Made by a program: the position numbers and the translations under genes. Below, piece by piece: positions 28,510 to 35,370 of a DNA stretch of 41,614 nt. Numbering within the stretch: the stretch's first letter is position 1; every line of letters starts with the position of its first letter. The notes beneath the pieces are model-generated. The model was not told the origin of the DNA, searched no databases, and worked only from the letters and a program-made list of their open reading frames with translations. Origin of the DNA: a bacterium (GTDB taxonomy: Bacteria; Chloroflexota; Dehalococcoidia; Tepidiformales; Tepidiformaceae); contig JAFKFP010000105.1 of assembly GCA_017308185.1 (NCBI GenBank), positions 1 through 41,614 of the forward strand, read 5' to 3'.

Positions 28510-28596
28510 ATGTGGGCTGGCATTACCGCCGCAATCCTCATCGGGTTTATCGTGCTGGGATTGTTACTCGCGTGGTACGGGTACAACCAGAAATAG
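28510..28596 (+). CDS. 28-aa single-TM small membrane peptide (not in the ORF track, below its size cutoff)
   Basis: ATG 28510 lies 7 nt after GGAGGT (of GGAGGTG). It reads MWAGITAAILIGFIVLGLLLAWYGYNQK then TAG (28594-28596): one clean hydrophobic helix with an aromatic/polar C-terminus, located in an otherwise unassigned 334-nt gap. Confidence 0.45.
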   Translation: MWAGITAAILIGFIVLGLLLAWYGYNQK

Positions 28597-28604
28597 CACT
28601 GGAC

Positions 28605-28670
28605 CGACGTTGATATGCGTCAACCGTCACGTGATAGATATGTGATGTGATAAGTATTGTGCATTGTGGA
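28605..28670 (+). promoter_or_regulatory. AT-rich putative promoter/operator region upstream of CDS 28749
   Basis: This is a local GC drop in a GC-rich genome. It contains three GTGAT copies (28631, 28642, 28647), two ATTGTG copies (28656, 28663) and a TTGATA -35-like hexamer at 28610-28615. I could not fix a convincing -10. Confidence 0.3.
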
Positions 28671-28748
28671 TCGCCTCGGTAGTCTCACCGCTATCCTGGC
28701 GGTGTGGTCACAATGGGTGGCGGCTTCGCCTTTTCGAGGTGAGGCCCG

Positions 28749-29714
28749 GTGCCAGCGAGAACATTCTTTTCATCATTTCGAAAATGGGGCGTAGCTGCTG
28801 CCCTCACGGCGTGCGCCACGGCCGTTGGCGTAACATTCGCGCTGGCCGATGGCTCCCCATCGCAGGCCACGTACTACGCCTGCGTGAACAACAGCAGCGG
28901 CACCATCAAGATGGTCGATGCCAGCGTGACATGCAGTAAGAACGAGCAGAAGATCGACTGGGCTCAGGGCGCGAGCACTTCACATGCGTATGTCGTGCGG
29001 ACGGGCGTCCGGGATTTCCAGACCTTCGGCTCGTCGTCGGCGCTCGTAGTGGCGGAACTCGATGGCCTCCCCGCCGGCTCGTACACGGTTACGGCGCAGG
29101 AGACGACGAGCTTCCCGAATTCGGCCGGCGGCGGCGAGGTGACATGCACCCTGACTCCCGGTGGAGCGCATGCGATTGAAGGCATCGTCATCGGCGGGCT
29201 GGGCGAGAGCGGCGGACAGCGCGCGAACGTCGTGGTGACTGATGGCATAACGCTCGGCGATGGAGCGAGTGTGAAGTATTCGTGCACCGGGTCCGCGAAC
29301 GCGTCATCGGACAATGCCGTCATCACCGCGACGCGCGTCGACACGCTGACCGACCAGACGATCACGCCACCCACCGGCCCCGGGACGTTAACCGCGTCTA
29401 TCAGCGCTCCCCCGCCCAGCAAGCCCGGCACCTGCTCGCTCACCGTGCATGGAACTAGCCTCATGCCGGGCTACACGATCAGCTATTCGTATAACGGCAG
29501 TCCCCCGGTCGGGACGTTCGGGTTAGTGGACAGTTCGGGCGCATATGTTGGGGTCGCATCGGTCGCGCCAGACGGGTCGCTGGACGGCACCACAGTTGTC
29601 CTCTATCCGGAAAGTGGTTCGGCGCCGATTTTCGTCACGGCGACTGGCGCGGACGGAAACACCGTCACGTCCAACACGCTGTATTCGAGCGCTGCCTGCG
29701 ACGGGGTGCAGTAG
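28749..29714 (+). CDS. secreted protein of unknown function
   Basis: 321 aa. GTG 28749 follows GAGGTGAGG. Signal peptide 'WGVAAALTACATAVGVTFALADG'. Mature N-terminus 'ATYYACVNNSSGTIKMVDASVTCSKNEQKIDW' holds a Cys pair. The rest is Gly/Ser/Thr-rich and beta-like. Confidence 0.7.
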   Translation: MPARTFFSSFRKWGVAAALTACATAVGVTFALADGSPSQATYYACVNNSSGTIKMVDASVTCSKNEQKIDWAQGASTSHAYVVRTGVRDFQTFGSSSALVVAELDGLPAGSYTVTAQETTSFPNSAGGGEVTCTLTPGGAHAIEGIVIGGLGESGGQRANVVVTDGITLGDGASVKYSCTGSANASSDNAVITATRVDTLTDQTITPPTGPGTLTASISAPPPSKPGTCSLTVHGTSLMPGYTISYSYNGSPPVGTFGLVDSSGAYVGVASVAPDGSLDGTTVVLYPESGSAPIFVTATGADGNTVTSNTLYSSAACDGVQ

Positions 29715-29722
29715 ACAGCACA

Positions 29723-29762
29723 AAGAGTTGGGCGAACGCCAGGAGGGGCTCGCCCAACTCTT
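29723..29762. terminator. bidirectional terminator hairpin between convergent genes
   Basis: AAGAGTTGGGCGA (29723-29735) and TCGCCCAACTCTT (29750-29762) form a perfect 13-bp stem with a 14-nt loop. It lies 9 nt after the plus-strand stop at 29714 and 23 nt after the minus-strand stop at 29785. Confidence 0.7.
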
Positions 29763-29784
29763 ACTTGAACCCCAACTGCGCGTC

Positions 29785-29994
29785 TCAGGCCGCGGGTTGG
29801 GGAAGGTCTTTGGTTTCGAGGGTCGAAAGGTCGAACTGACCGGCGGCACGGTCGATGTCGATGCCCACCAGACGGCCCTCGCTTTCCAGATCGATAACGA
29901 CGCCATCTGCCACCTCCTGAGAGTCCACAGCTGTGACATGGCTCTTGAGGTCGATGTAAAGGGGATCGGTCTCCGGGTAATAGTGGAGCTTCAA
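29785..29994 (-). CDS. DUF2283-family small protein
   Basis: 'KLHYYPETDPLYIDLKSHVTAVDSQEVADGVVIDLESEGRLVGIDIDRA' matches the DUF2283 pattern (Y-D-x-E-x-D-x-L-Y-I ... G-x-I-V-G-I-E-I). The TTG 29994 start is preceded by AGGAAAG and lies 13 nt after the Mrr stop. Alternative upstream starts are GTG 30015 and ATG 30039. Confidence 0.75.
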   Translation of the reverse strand: MKLHYYPETDPLYIDLKSHVTAVDSQEVADGVVIDLESEGRLVGIDIDRAAGQFDLSTLETKDLPQPAA

Positions 29995-30007
29995 CGGTCT
30001 TTCCTGC

Positions 30008-30922
30008 TCACTCACCCTCGAAGTAGTCTGAGTCAACACCCCAAACTATGTAGGTCTCCCGCGCCGTCACTCCGAGTCCAACCTCGAGCATAAGGTTGCC
30101 CAGCATCTCACCGTCGACGAGTGCTATGCGCTTGTCTATCCGTGTTACGTAACTCTTCGCCGCCGGCGAGAATGCCGAAGTAGTAATGAACACGCCTCGC
30201 GTCGCACGCATGCCGGAGAGCGCCCCAGCGAACTGCTGGACCTCGGGTGCTCCGACGGTGTTCTCCCAGCGTTTGGCCTGGACGTACACCTCGTCGAGCC
30301 CAAGCTTGTCCCCTCTAATCACGCCGTCGACGCCGCCGTCCGCCGTCTTGCCGAGGTGAACACCCTCGCCGCTAACGCCGCCGTAACCCAGACGAGTCAG
30401 CAGGTCGACGACGACCGTCTCAAGGAAGGCCGGGGATGCCGTCTTCAGGCGTGCAATCAATTCGGCGGACGTAGCCTGCCGGTGTGCCGCGGCACCCGCA
30501 GCAAGCAGTTCTTCCGGCGTCTCGGTCTCGGATGGCTGCTCAGCCGACACCGAAGGACTCGCAACGTTCTGCGGACGCCGACTGTGGAATTCGCGAAAGT
30601 GGTCTGAGAGGCGGCGCAAGAGGGCTACGTCGATCCGCGCTGGCCTTTCCGCCAGAAGCCTCTTGCCCGACGGCGTAATGCGCACTTCGCCCCGACGCAC
30701 ACTTTCCAGCAACTCCGCCTGCTTAAGGTAGGTAACGGACCAGCCCGTTCGGTCATCAAATCTCGTCTTCCTGCCCGATGGGACCCGCTCGGCAAGGTCA
30801 TCCTCGCTGAGGCCCATCGACTGACGAACACGTTCCCGTAAATCGGTCATGTCATGGGCCTCGCCATCGTTGGCAGCTACGAGTACGGGGAGCATGAATG
30901 CATCAAAGCTAGGAATCGACAT
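30008..30922 (-). CDS. mrr: Mrr-family restriction endonuclease (Mrr_N winged-helix + Mrr catalytic domain)
   Basis: ATG 30922 follows GGAGGTTAC. 'SIPSFDAFMLPVLVAANDGEAHDMTDLRERV...RTGWSVTYLKQAELLE' is the Mrr N-domain. 'DGGVDGVIRGDKLGLDEVYVQAKRW...RGVFITTSAFS' is the PD-(D/E)xK Mrr core. The rest of ORF 30008-31174 overlaps the ABC-F gene and looks spurious. Confidence 0.85.
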   Translation of the reverse strand: MSIPSFDAFMLPVLVAANDGEAHDMTDLRERVRQSMGLSEDDLAERVPSGRKTRFDDRTGWSVTYLKQAELLESVRRGEVRITPSGKRLLAERPARIDVALLRRLSDHFREFHSRRPQNVASPSVSAEQPSETETPEELLAAGAAAHRQATSAELIARLKTASPAFLETVVVDLLTRLGYGGVSGEGVHLGKTADGGVDGVIRGDKLGLDEVYVQAKRWENTVGAPEVQQFAGALSGMRATRGVFITTSAFSPAAKSYVTRIDKRIALVDGEMLGNLMLEVGLGVTARETYIVWGVDSDYFEGE

Positions 30923-30977
30923 GTAACCTCCGCGCAAACCGTCACCATCATAGGCGAGGAGGAGTCGCCGGCCCATT

Positions 30978-32549
30978 TCACGCTTTGCGGAGCTGCAACA
31001 GTTCCCGCACGGCGCCGTCGGCAACTTCGTACACATGCGTGGCCACGCCCTCCACGATGCCGGGGTCGTGGCTCGCACAGAGGATCGTCCCCTCGTAGCC
31101 CTGCAACGCTTCGATGAGCTTACGGCGTGTCGTCTTATCGAGGTGGTTCGTCGGCTCGTCCAGCAGCAGCACATTGGTCGGCTGGATAAGGAACTTCGCG
31201 AGTGCGACGCGGCTGCGTTCGCCGCCAGAGAGCATGCTCACCTTCTTAAACACATCGTCGCCTCGGAACAGGAACTGGCCCAGTACCGTGCGGAGCTTCA
31301 CGTCCGGCTCGGAGGCGGCCACGGTGCGCACCTCTTCGAGCACCGTGCGGCCGGCTTCCAGCGCCTCGTCCTGGTGCTGATCGTAGTAGCCGGGGCGGGC
31401 GCGTTCCGCCCACTCGACACTGCCCTCGGTGGGCGTGAGAAGGCCGGCCGCGATGCGCAGCAGCGTACTCTTTCCGCTCCCATTGGGGCCAACGAGCGCC
31501 ACCTTCTGGCCGCGCTCGATGTGCAGGTTCACATCGAGCAGCACCGGCACATCGCCGTATGCATGCGCGAGATGCTTCACCATTAACACATCCCGCTCGG
31601 TCCGCCCCGTCGCGTTCAGTTCAAAGTGGACCTCGGCTTCCTTCTTCGTGCGGTCGATGCGCTCCACACGCGCGATCGCCTTCTCGCGGCTCTTCACGGC
31701 GGTGGCTTTCGTGGCCTTCGCCCCGAATCGGTCGATGAAGCGCTGCTGGCGCGCGAGTTCACGCTCCTGGCGTGCAGCTGCCTGGTCCTGCGCCTGGAGC
31801 TTGTCCGCCTTCTGGCGTTGGTAGGCGCTGTAGTTGCCCGCGTAGCTCTCGATCGTGCGATCGCGGAGGTCGAGGATGCGCGTGGCGACCCTGTCGAGGA
31901 ACTCCCCATCGTGGGTGACGATCAGGATCGACGACGTCCAATCCTGTAGCTCATCCGCCAGCCATGCACGAGTCTTTGCGTCGAGGTGGTTCGTCGGCTC
32001 GTCGAGGAGCACGTTCTCCGGCCGTCGGACAAGCACCTTTGCCAGGGCGATGCGCATCTGCCAGCCGCCGCTGAACTCGCCGCAGCGCTTCTGGTCATCA
32101 CCGGGTTCAAACCCGAGACCGTCGAGTACGCGCCCGATGCGCGCCTCGATGCGATAGCCGTCGTGGGCATCGAACTGTTCGAACAGCCGCGCCTGCTCAT
32201 CGATGAGCGCATCCAGGTCCCCTTCGCCACTCTCGATCTTGTGCGCGACGGCTTCAAGCCGGTGTTCGATGGCGCGCGCTTCAGGGAAAGCCAGCCAGAG
32301 TTCTTCGAGCAGCGTGTTCTCGTCCTGCAGGCCCGCTTCCTGGCGCAAGTACCCGAGCGCGCCCCCGCGGTAGCCGGCTTCCCCCGAGTCGGGCTTCAGG
32401 TCCCCGGCAATGAGCTTGAGGAGCGTCGATTTTCCGCCGCCATTCGGGCCAACAAGTCCCGCATGCTCACCGCCACCGATGATGAAATCGATGCCGGTGA
32501 GCAGGTCGGTCGGCCCGAACGATTTGGCGAGGTTTTCGGCGTACAGCAT
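30978..32549 (-). CDS. ABC-F family ATPase (two tandem ABC domains, no TMD)
   Basis: 523 aa. Walker A 'GPNGGGKST' and 'GPNGSGKST', signatures 'FSGGWQMR' and 'LSGGERSR', Walker B 'VLLDEPTNHLD' and 'LLLDEPTNHLD'. A charged inter-domain linker reads 'QRQKADKLQAQDQAAARQERELARQQRFIDRF'. Confidence 0.9.
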   Translation of the reverse strand: MLYAENLAKSFGPTDLLTGIDFIIGGGEHAGLVGPNGGGKSTLLKLIAGDLKPDSGEAGYRGGALGYLRQEAGLQDENTLLEELWLAFPEARAIEHRLEAVAHKIESGEGDLDALIDEQARLFEQFDAHDGYRIEARIGRVLDGLGFEPGDDQKRCGEFSGGWQMRIALAKVLVRRPENVLLDEPTNHLDAKTRAWLADELQDWTSSILIVTHDGEFLDRVATRILDLRDRTIESYAGNYSAYQRQKADKLQAQDQAAARQERELARQQRFIDRFGAKATKATAVKSREKAIARVERIDRTKKEAEVHFELNATGRTERDVLMVKHLAHAYGDVPVLLDVNLHIERGQKVALVGPNGSGKSTLLRIAAGLLTPTEGSVEWAERARPGYYDQHQDEALEAGRTVLEEVRTVAASEPDVKLRTVLGQFLFRGDDVFKKVSMLSGGERSRVALAKFLIQPTNVLLLDEPTNHLDKTTRRKLIEALQGYEGTILCASHDPGIVEGVATHVYEVADGAVRELLQLRKA

Positions 32550-32664
32550 GAAGTAAGGAAGCCCGAGGAATGAAGTGTGAGGGACGGTGGTCTCTTCGAT
32601 CGTAGCAGGGATACACGGGGCGGGCGATCCATGGCCGCGCGGAACCGTTTCGCCAAACGAGAGA

Positions 32665-32692
32665 GGCCCGGCGCAAGATGATGCGCCGGGCC
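32665..32692 (-). terminator. rho-independent-type terminator after CDS 32721-33908
   Basis: GGCCCGGCGCA (32665-32675) and TGCGCCGGGCC (32682-32692) form a perfect 11-bp stem with a 6-nt loop. On the minus strand it is followed by TCTCTCGTTTGG. Confidence 0.7.
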
Positions 32693-32720
32693 CCTGGGCG
32701 TTGCACTCGCGGCGCGGCTG

Positions 32721-33908
32721 CTAGTCGCGGCGAGCGTAGATGAAGCATGCGCCGAGCCCGAGGATGCTTGCGGCGACGATGGCCGCAAACACGCTCAGCA
32801 TGGCGGTGTTGTTCGAACCGGCGGGGCCAGCGTTCCCGGTACGTGGCGGACGGGGTGTTATTCCGCTACCCCCGTGGCCGCCCGGCCCGCCGCCGTTCGC
32901 GCCACCGGGAGGAGTTCCGGGCCCACCTGGGCCGTGGCCACCTGTGGGCGTGGACGTTGGAGAGCCGGAAGGCGAGGTACTGGTGCGCGTGGGCGTTGCA
33001 CTCGAAGTCGGCGAGGGGGATGCCGTGCGCGTCGCTGAAGCTGTGCCCGTGGGTGTCACGCTCGCGGTGGTGCTCGGCGTCGCGGTCGAACTCGCGGTGG
33101 CGCTCGGCGTCGCGGTCGAACTCGCGGTGCCCGTCGACGTCGCGCTGGCGGTGCCCGTCGGCGTCGGAGTCGCCGTGCCTGTTACCACGACGTTATCGAC
33201 GTGAGCGCTGGCATAACCCACGGTCAGGTCGAGGGTGCCCTGGTCCAGGATCGTGAGATGGATTTGCAGCGTGATGGCAGTGCCGGTCGCGCTAGTGGCA
33301 GTCTCGGTCGTGGAGGTGCTGTTGATTGCAACCGTGCCGGTGACGACTCCGCCAAGTGCCGACAGGTTGATGGTCGACGGCGCGGAAACAGTGCCAGTCA
33401 CATCAGCTGCCCCGGCAACGGAGAGGTTCGTAACCGACGAACCGGCGGTGGCCGTAGGCGGAGCATTGTTGGCGCCGGCAGTCGCCGTCGCGGTGAGGGC
33501 GTCAGCGTGGATGAGCGCGCTCGAGCCCACGATCGGGATGTCGACACTGAGGTCGAGGCCCTCGATGGTCGAAGAGCAGGTGGCGCCGAGCGACACCGGC
33601 GGATTCGAGGTGTTTGTGCAGTTCGTCGCGACCGTGCCGGAGGTGAGACTCAGCATTGCCGAGCTGACGTTGATGCTCGCACCGGCGCTGCCGCCGGGCG
33701 GGAGCATGACGTGGTTGAGTTTGTTGATAGTGAGCAGGTCGTTGAGCACCGATGCGTCCGCCGTGTACGCCTCGCCGCCGACGGCGCCGGAGGTGTCGGC
33801 GTGCGCGCGGAGCGGTTGGGCCGCGAGCACGACGGCGCCGATAGCGGCAACCGCGAGTATTGCAACGATGGTTGTGCGCAATGGGTGAGTTTGTCTGGTA
33901 CGCTCCAT
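32721..33908 (-). CDS. secreted Ser/Thr/Pro-rich protein with C-terminal membrane anchor
   Basis: 395 aa. GGAGGGG SD. Signal peptide 'IVAILAVAAIGAVVLAAQPLRAHA'. A beta-rich domain of about 200 aa is followed by a 'TGTASATSTGTASSTATPSATASSTATPSTTASVTPTGTASATRTASPSPTSSATPTRTS' linker and a Gly/Pro stretch. The C-terminus reads 'PPRTGN...SVFAAIVAASILGLGACFIYARRD'. Confidence 0.75.
   Translation of the reverse strand: MERTRQTHPLRTTIVAILAVAAIGAVVLAAQPLRAHADTSGAVGGEAYTADASVLNDLLTINKLNHVMLPPGGSAGASINVSSAMLSLTSGTVATNCTNTSNPPVSLGATCSSTIEGLDLSVDIPIVGSSALIHADALTATATAGANNAPPTATAGSSVTNLSVAGAADVTGTVSAPSTINLSALGGVVTGTVAINSTSTTETATSATGTAITLQIHLTILDQGTLDLTVGYASAHVDNVVVTGTATPTPTGTASATSTGTASSTATPSATASSTATPSTTASVTPTGTASATRTASPSPTSSATPTRTSTSPSGSPTSTPTGGHGPGGPGTPPGGANGGGPGGHGGSGITPRPPRTGNAGPAGSNNTAMLSVFAAIVAASILGLGACFIYARRD
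33061..33175. repeat. 30-bp tandem repeat (2 near-identical copies plus 2 degenerate shorter copies) inside CDS 32721-33908
   Basis: 33061-33090 is ctcgcggtggtgctcggcgtcgcggtcgaa and 33091-33120 is ctcgcggtggcgctcggcgtcgcggtcgaa (1 mismatch). Related copies ctcgcggtgcccgtcgacgtcgcg and ctggcggtgcccgtcggcgtcggagtc follow. Confidence 0.85.
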
Positions 33909-34214
33909 ATCCCCTCCAAAAACGAGTTAGCATGCAAGACCGTTGTGCGTGCACGAGCAATCCGCACATGAAGCGTACGTGTCAGAGCATAGCGGAGACT
34001 ATTCCAAGACGATATACATACTCGCGCTACTATTAGAGAAGTCTAAACGTAACGAATATATAGGCAGACGCATGTAAGGGTTTGCCCGTACCTAAGGCGT
34101 GCTAGATCGCAACCGGCGATCTCTGTGGCATCAATATCAGCAGCGCCACAACCTCAGCCAGCCGGAACCGCCAGTAAGCCGCTCGCCGCGTTTGCGGATC
34201 TGGACGAGCCTCCC

Positions 34215-35195
34215 CTACTTGATGGCCAACGCGTTCGGCGGGCTCCCCGTGCCTCCCTGGATGTTCAGCGGCGCGGCAGTGAAGAAGCACTCGTACACCT
34301 TGTCCTCGGCGCAATCAGCAGAGAGGCCGGTGAGCTGCCACATCTCGCCGATAGCCATCCCGAACCGCCCTATTATCCAGTGGTGGAGGAAGCCATCCGG
34401 GTCCATGAAGTTCGGCGGCGGCCAGGCTTCGAGCGCCGGGTTGTCGCTGCATACCGCCGAGGGGTGGGCGTTGAAGATGTACTCAGCCATCGCCTCGGAG
34501 CACTGGAGCCCCGGCGTCTTCAGGTTCTGCGTAGCCGAGATGAACTGGCGCACCTGCTGCGGCTGGGCTTCGTACCATTCGACCCAGCCGGTGTGGATGA
34601 GCCACACGTCGCCAGGCTGGAACTCGACACCCTCGGCCTTGCGGGTGGCTTCGATGTCGTCGGGCGTGATGTCGATGCGCTCGCCGCAATCGAGCGCGCG
34701 GCCCTGTGATTCGAGGTAGCGCGCGACATCGAGCACAACGCCGCGGCCAGCGATGCCGCGCTTTGCCCAGTGGTCTATTCCGAGGCGCGTCTTATCGCCG
34801 CTCTCGCGCAGGTATTTCGCGGTAACGCCGCCCCAGAAGCCGTGCTCGAAGTCGCCGACGTGCGTGAGAGCGTCCCACTGACTGGAAGCCTGCGTGAAAA
34901 AGTTGTCGAGCACGTCGTCGCCGTGGTTGCCGATGGGGATCTCGCGCATGACCGTATGGCGGAACTTGCCGCGGCTGTAGAGCGGAGGGTTCGGCTTCTC
35001 CTGCTCCCAGTTCATCGGGAAGACGCGACCCTTCTTGACGAGCCGTGCCGCCGCCGCAACGCGTTCCGGCGTCTGGAGATTGAACATGCCGACGTTGTCA
35101 TCGGCGCCAAACAGGCCCCATGCCGTCTTCGGCGGGTTGCCCGGAACAGCCGGGAGTTCTTTGTATGACGGGAGGGTGGTTGGGATCTCAGCCAT
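34215..35195 (-). CDS. cyclase-family protein (kynurenine formamidase-like metal hydrolase fold)
   Basis: 'FTQASSQWDALTHVG', 'GRGVVLDVARY' and 'GDVWLIHTGW' are patterns typical of the putative cyclase family (PF04199). ATG 35195 lies 5 nt after AGGA; the ORF track starts one codon earlier at TTG 35198. Confidence 0.7.
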   Translation of the reverse strand: MAEIPTTLPSYKELPAVPGNPPKTAWGLFGADDNVGMFNLQTPERVAAAARLVKKGRVFPMNWEQEKPNPPLYSRGKFRHTVMREIPIGNHGDDVLDNFFTQASSQWDALTHVGDFEHGFWGGVTAKYLRESGDKTRLGIDHWAKRGIAGRGVVLDVARYLESQGRALDCGERIDITPDDIEATRKAEGVEFQPGDVWLIHTGWVEWYEAQPQQVRQFISATQNLKTPGLQCSEAMAEYIFNAHPSAVCSDNPALEAWPPPNFMDPDGFLHHWIIGRFGMAIGEMWQLTGLSADCAEDKVYECFFTAAPLNIQGGTGSPPNALAIK

Positions 35196-35284
35196 CAAAT
35201 TCCTGCCTTGAAGTTTGTTGCACCACTGGACTATGTGTCTGGCCAGCGTGGACGGCCATGCGATGGCGAATCATACGCTATCGC

Positions 35285-35368
35285 GAGGGATGAGGGATGA
35301 GGACTGAGGGATGAGGACTGAGGGATGAGGACTGAGGGATGAGGACTCAGGACTGAGGACTCAGGAGA
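35285..35368. repeat. intergenic array of twelve tandem 7-nt units (GAGGGAT/GAGGACT; 14-nt super-unit)
   Basis: Read directly: GAGGGAT GAGGGAT GAGGACT GAGGGAT GAGGACT GAGGGAT GAGGACT GAGGGAT GAGGACT CAGGACT GAGGACT CAGGAGA. The array ends 2 nt before the stop codon (35371-35373) of the ABC gene on the other strand. Confidence 0.95.
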
Positions 35369-35370
35369 GG

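Noticed and set aside
30923-31174. N-terminal extension of the Mrr ORF to 388 aa (ORF 30008-31174)
   Set aside because: The extension overlaps the 3' end of the ABC-F gene in another frame and is Cys/Arg/Ser-rich. The internal ATG at 30922 has a GGAGG SD and yields the canonical Mrr N-terminus.
28600-34100. Genomic island bounded by the two AT-rich segments
   Set aside because: There is no integrase, tRNA, direct repeat or transposase. The AT-rich patches sit exactly upstream of two outward-facing... more precisely convergently arranged secreted-protein genes, and they are better explained as the promoters of those genes. Only the mrr-DUF2283 pair looks compositionally different, and that rests on rough hand counts.
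35285-35368. CRISPR array or coding repeat
   Set aside because: The units are 7 nt with no spacers and there are no cas genes. The only long ORF through the array (35231-35848, minus) translates to low-complexity 'SPHPS/SVL' text and overlaps the ABC gene's C-terminus out of frame.
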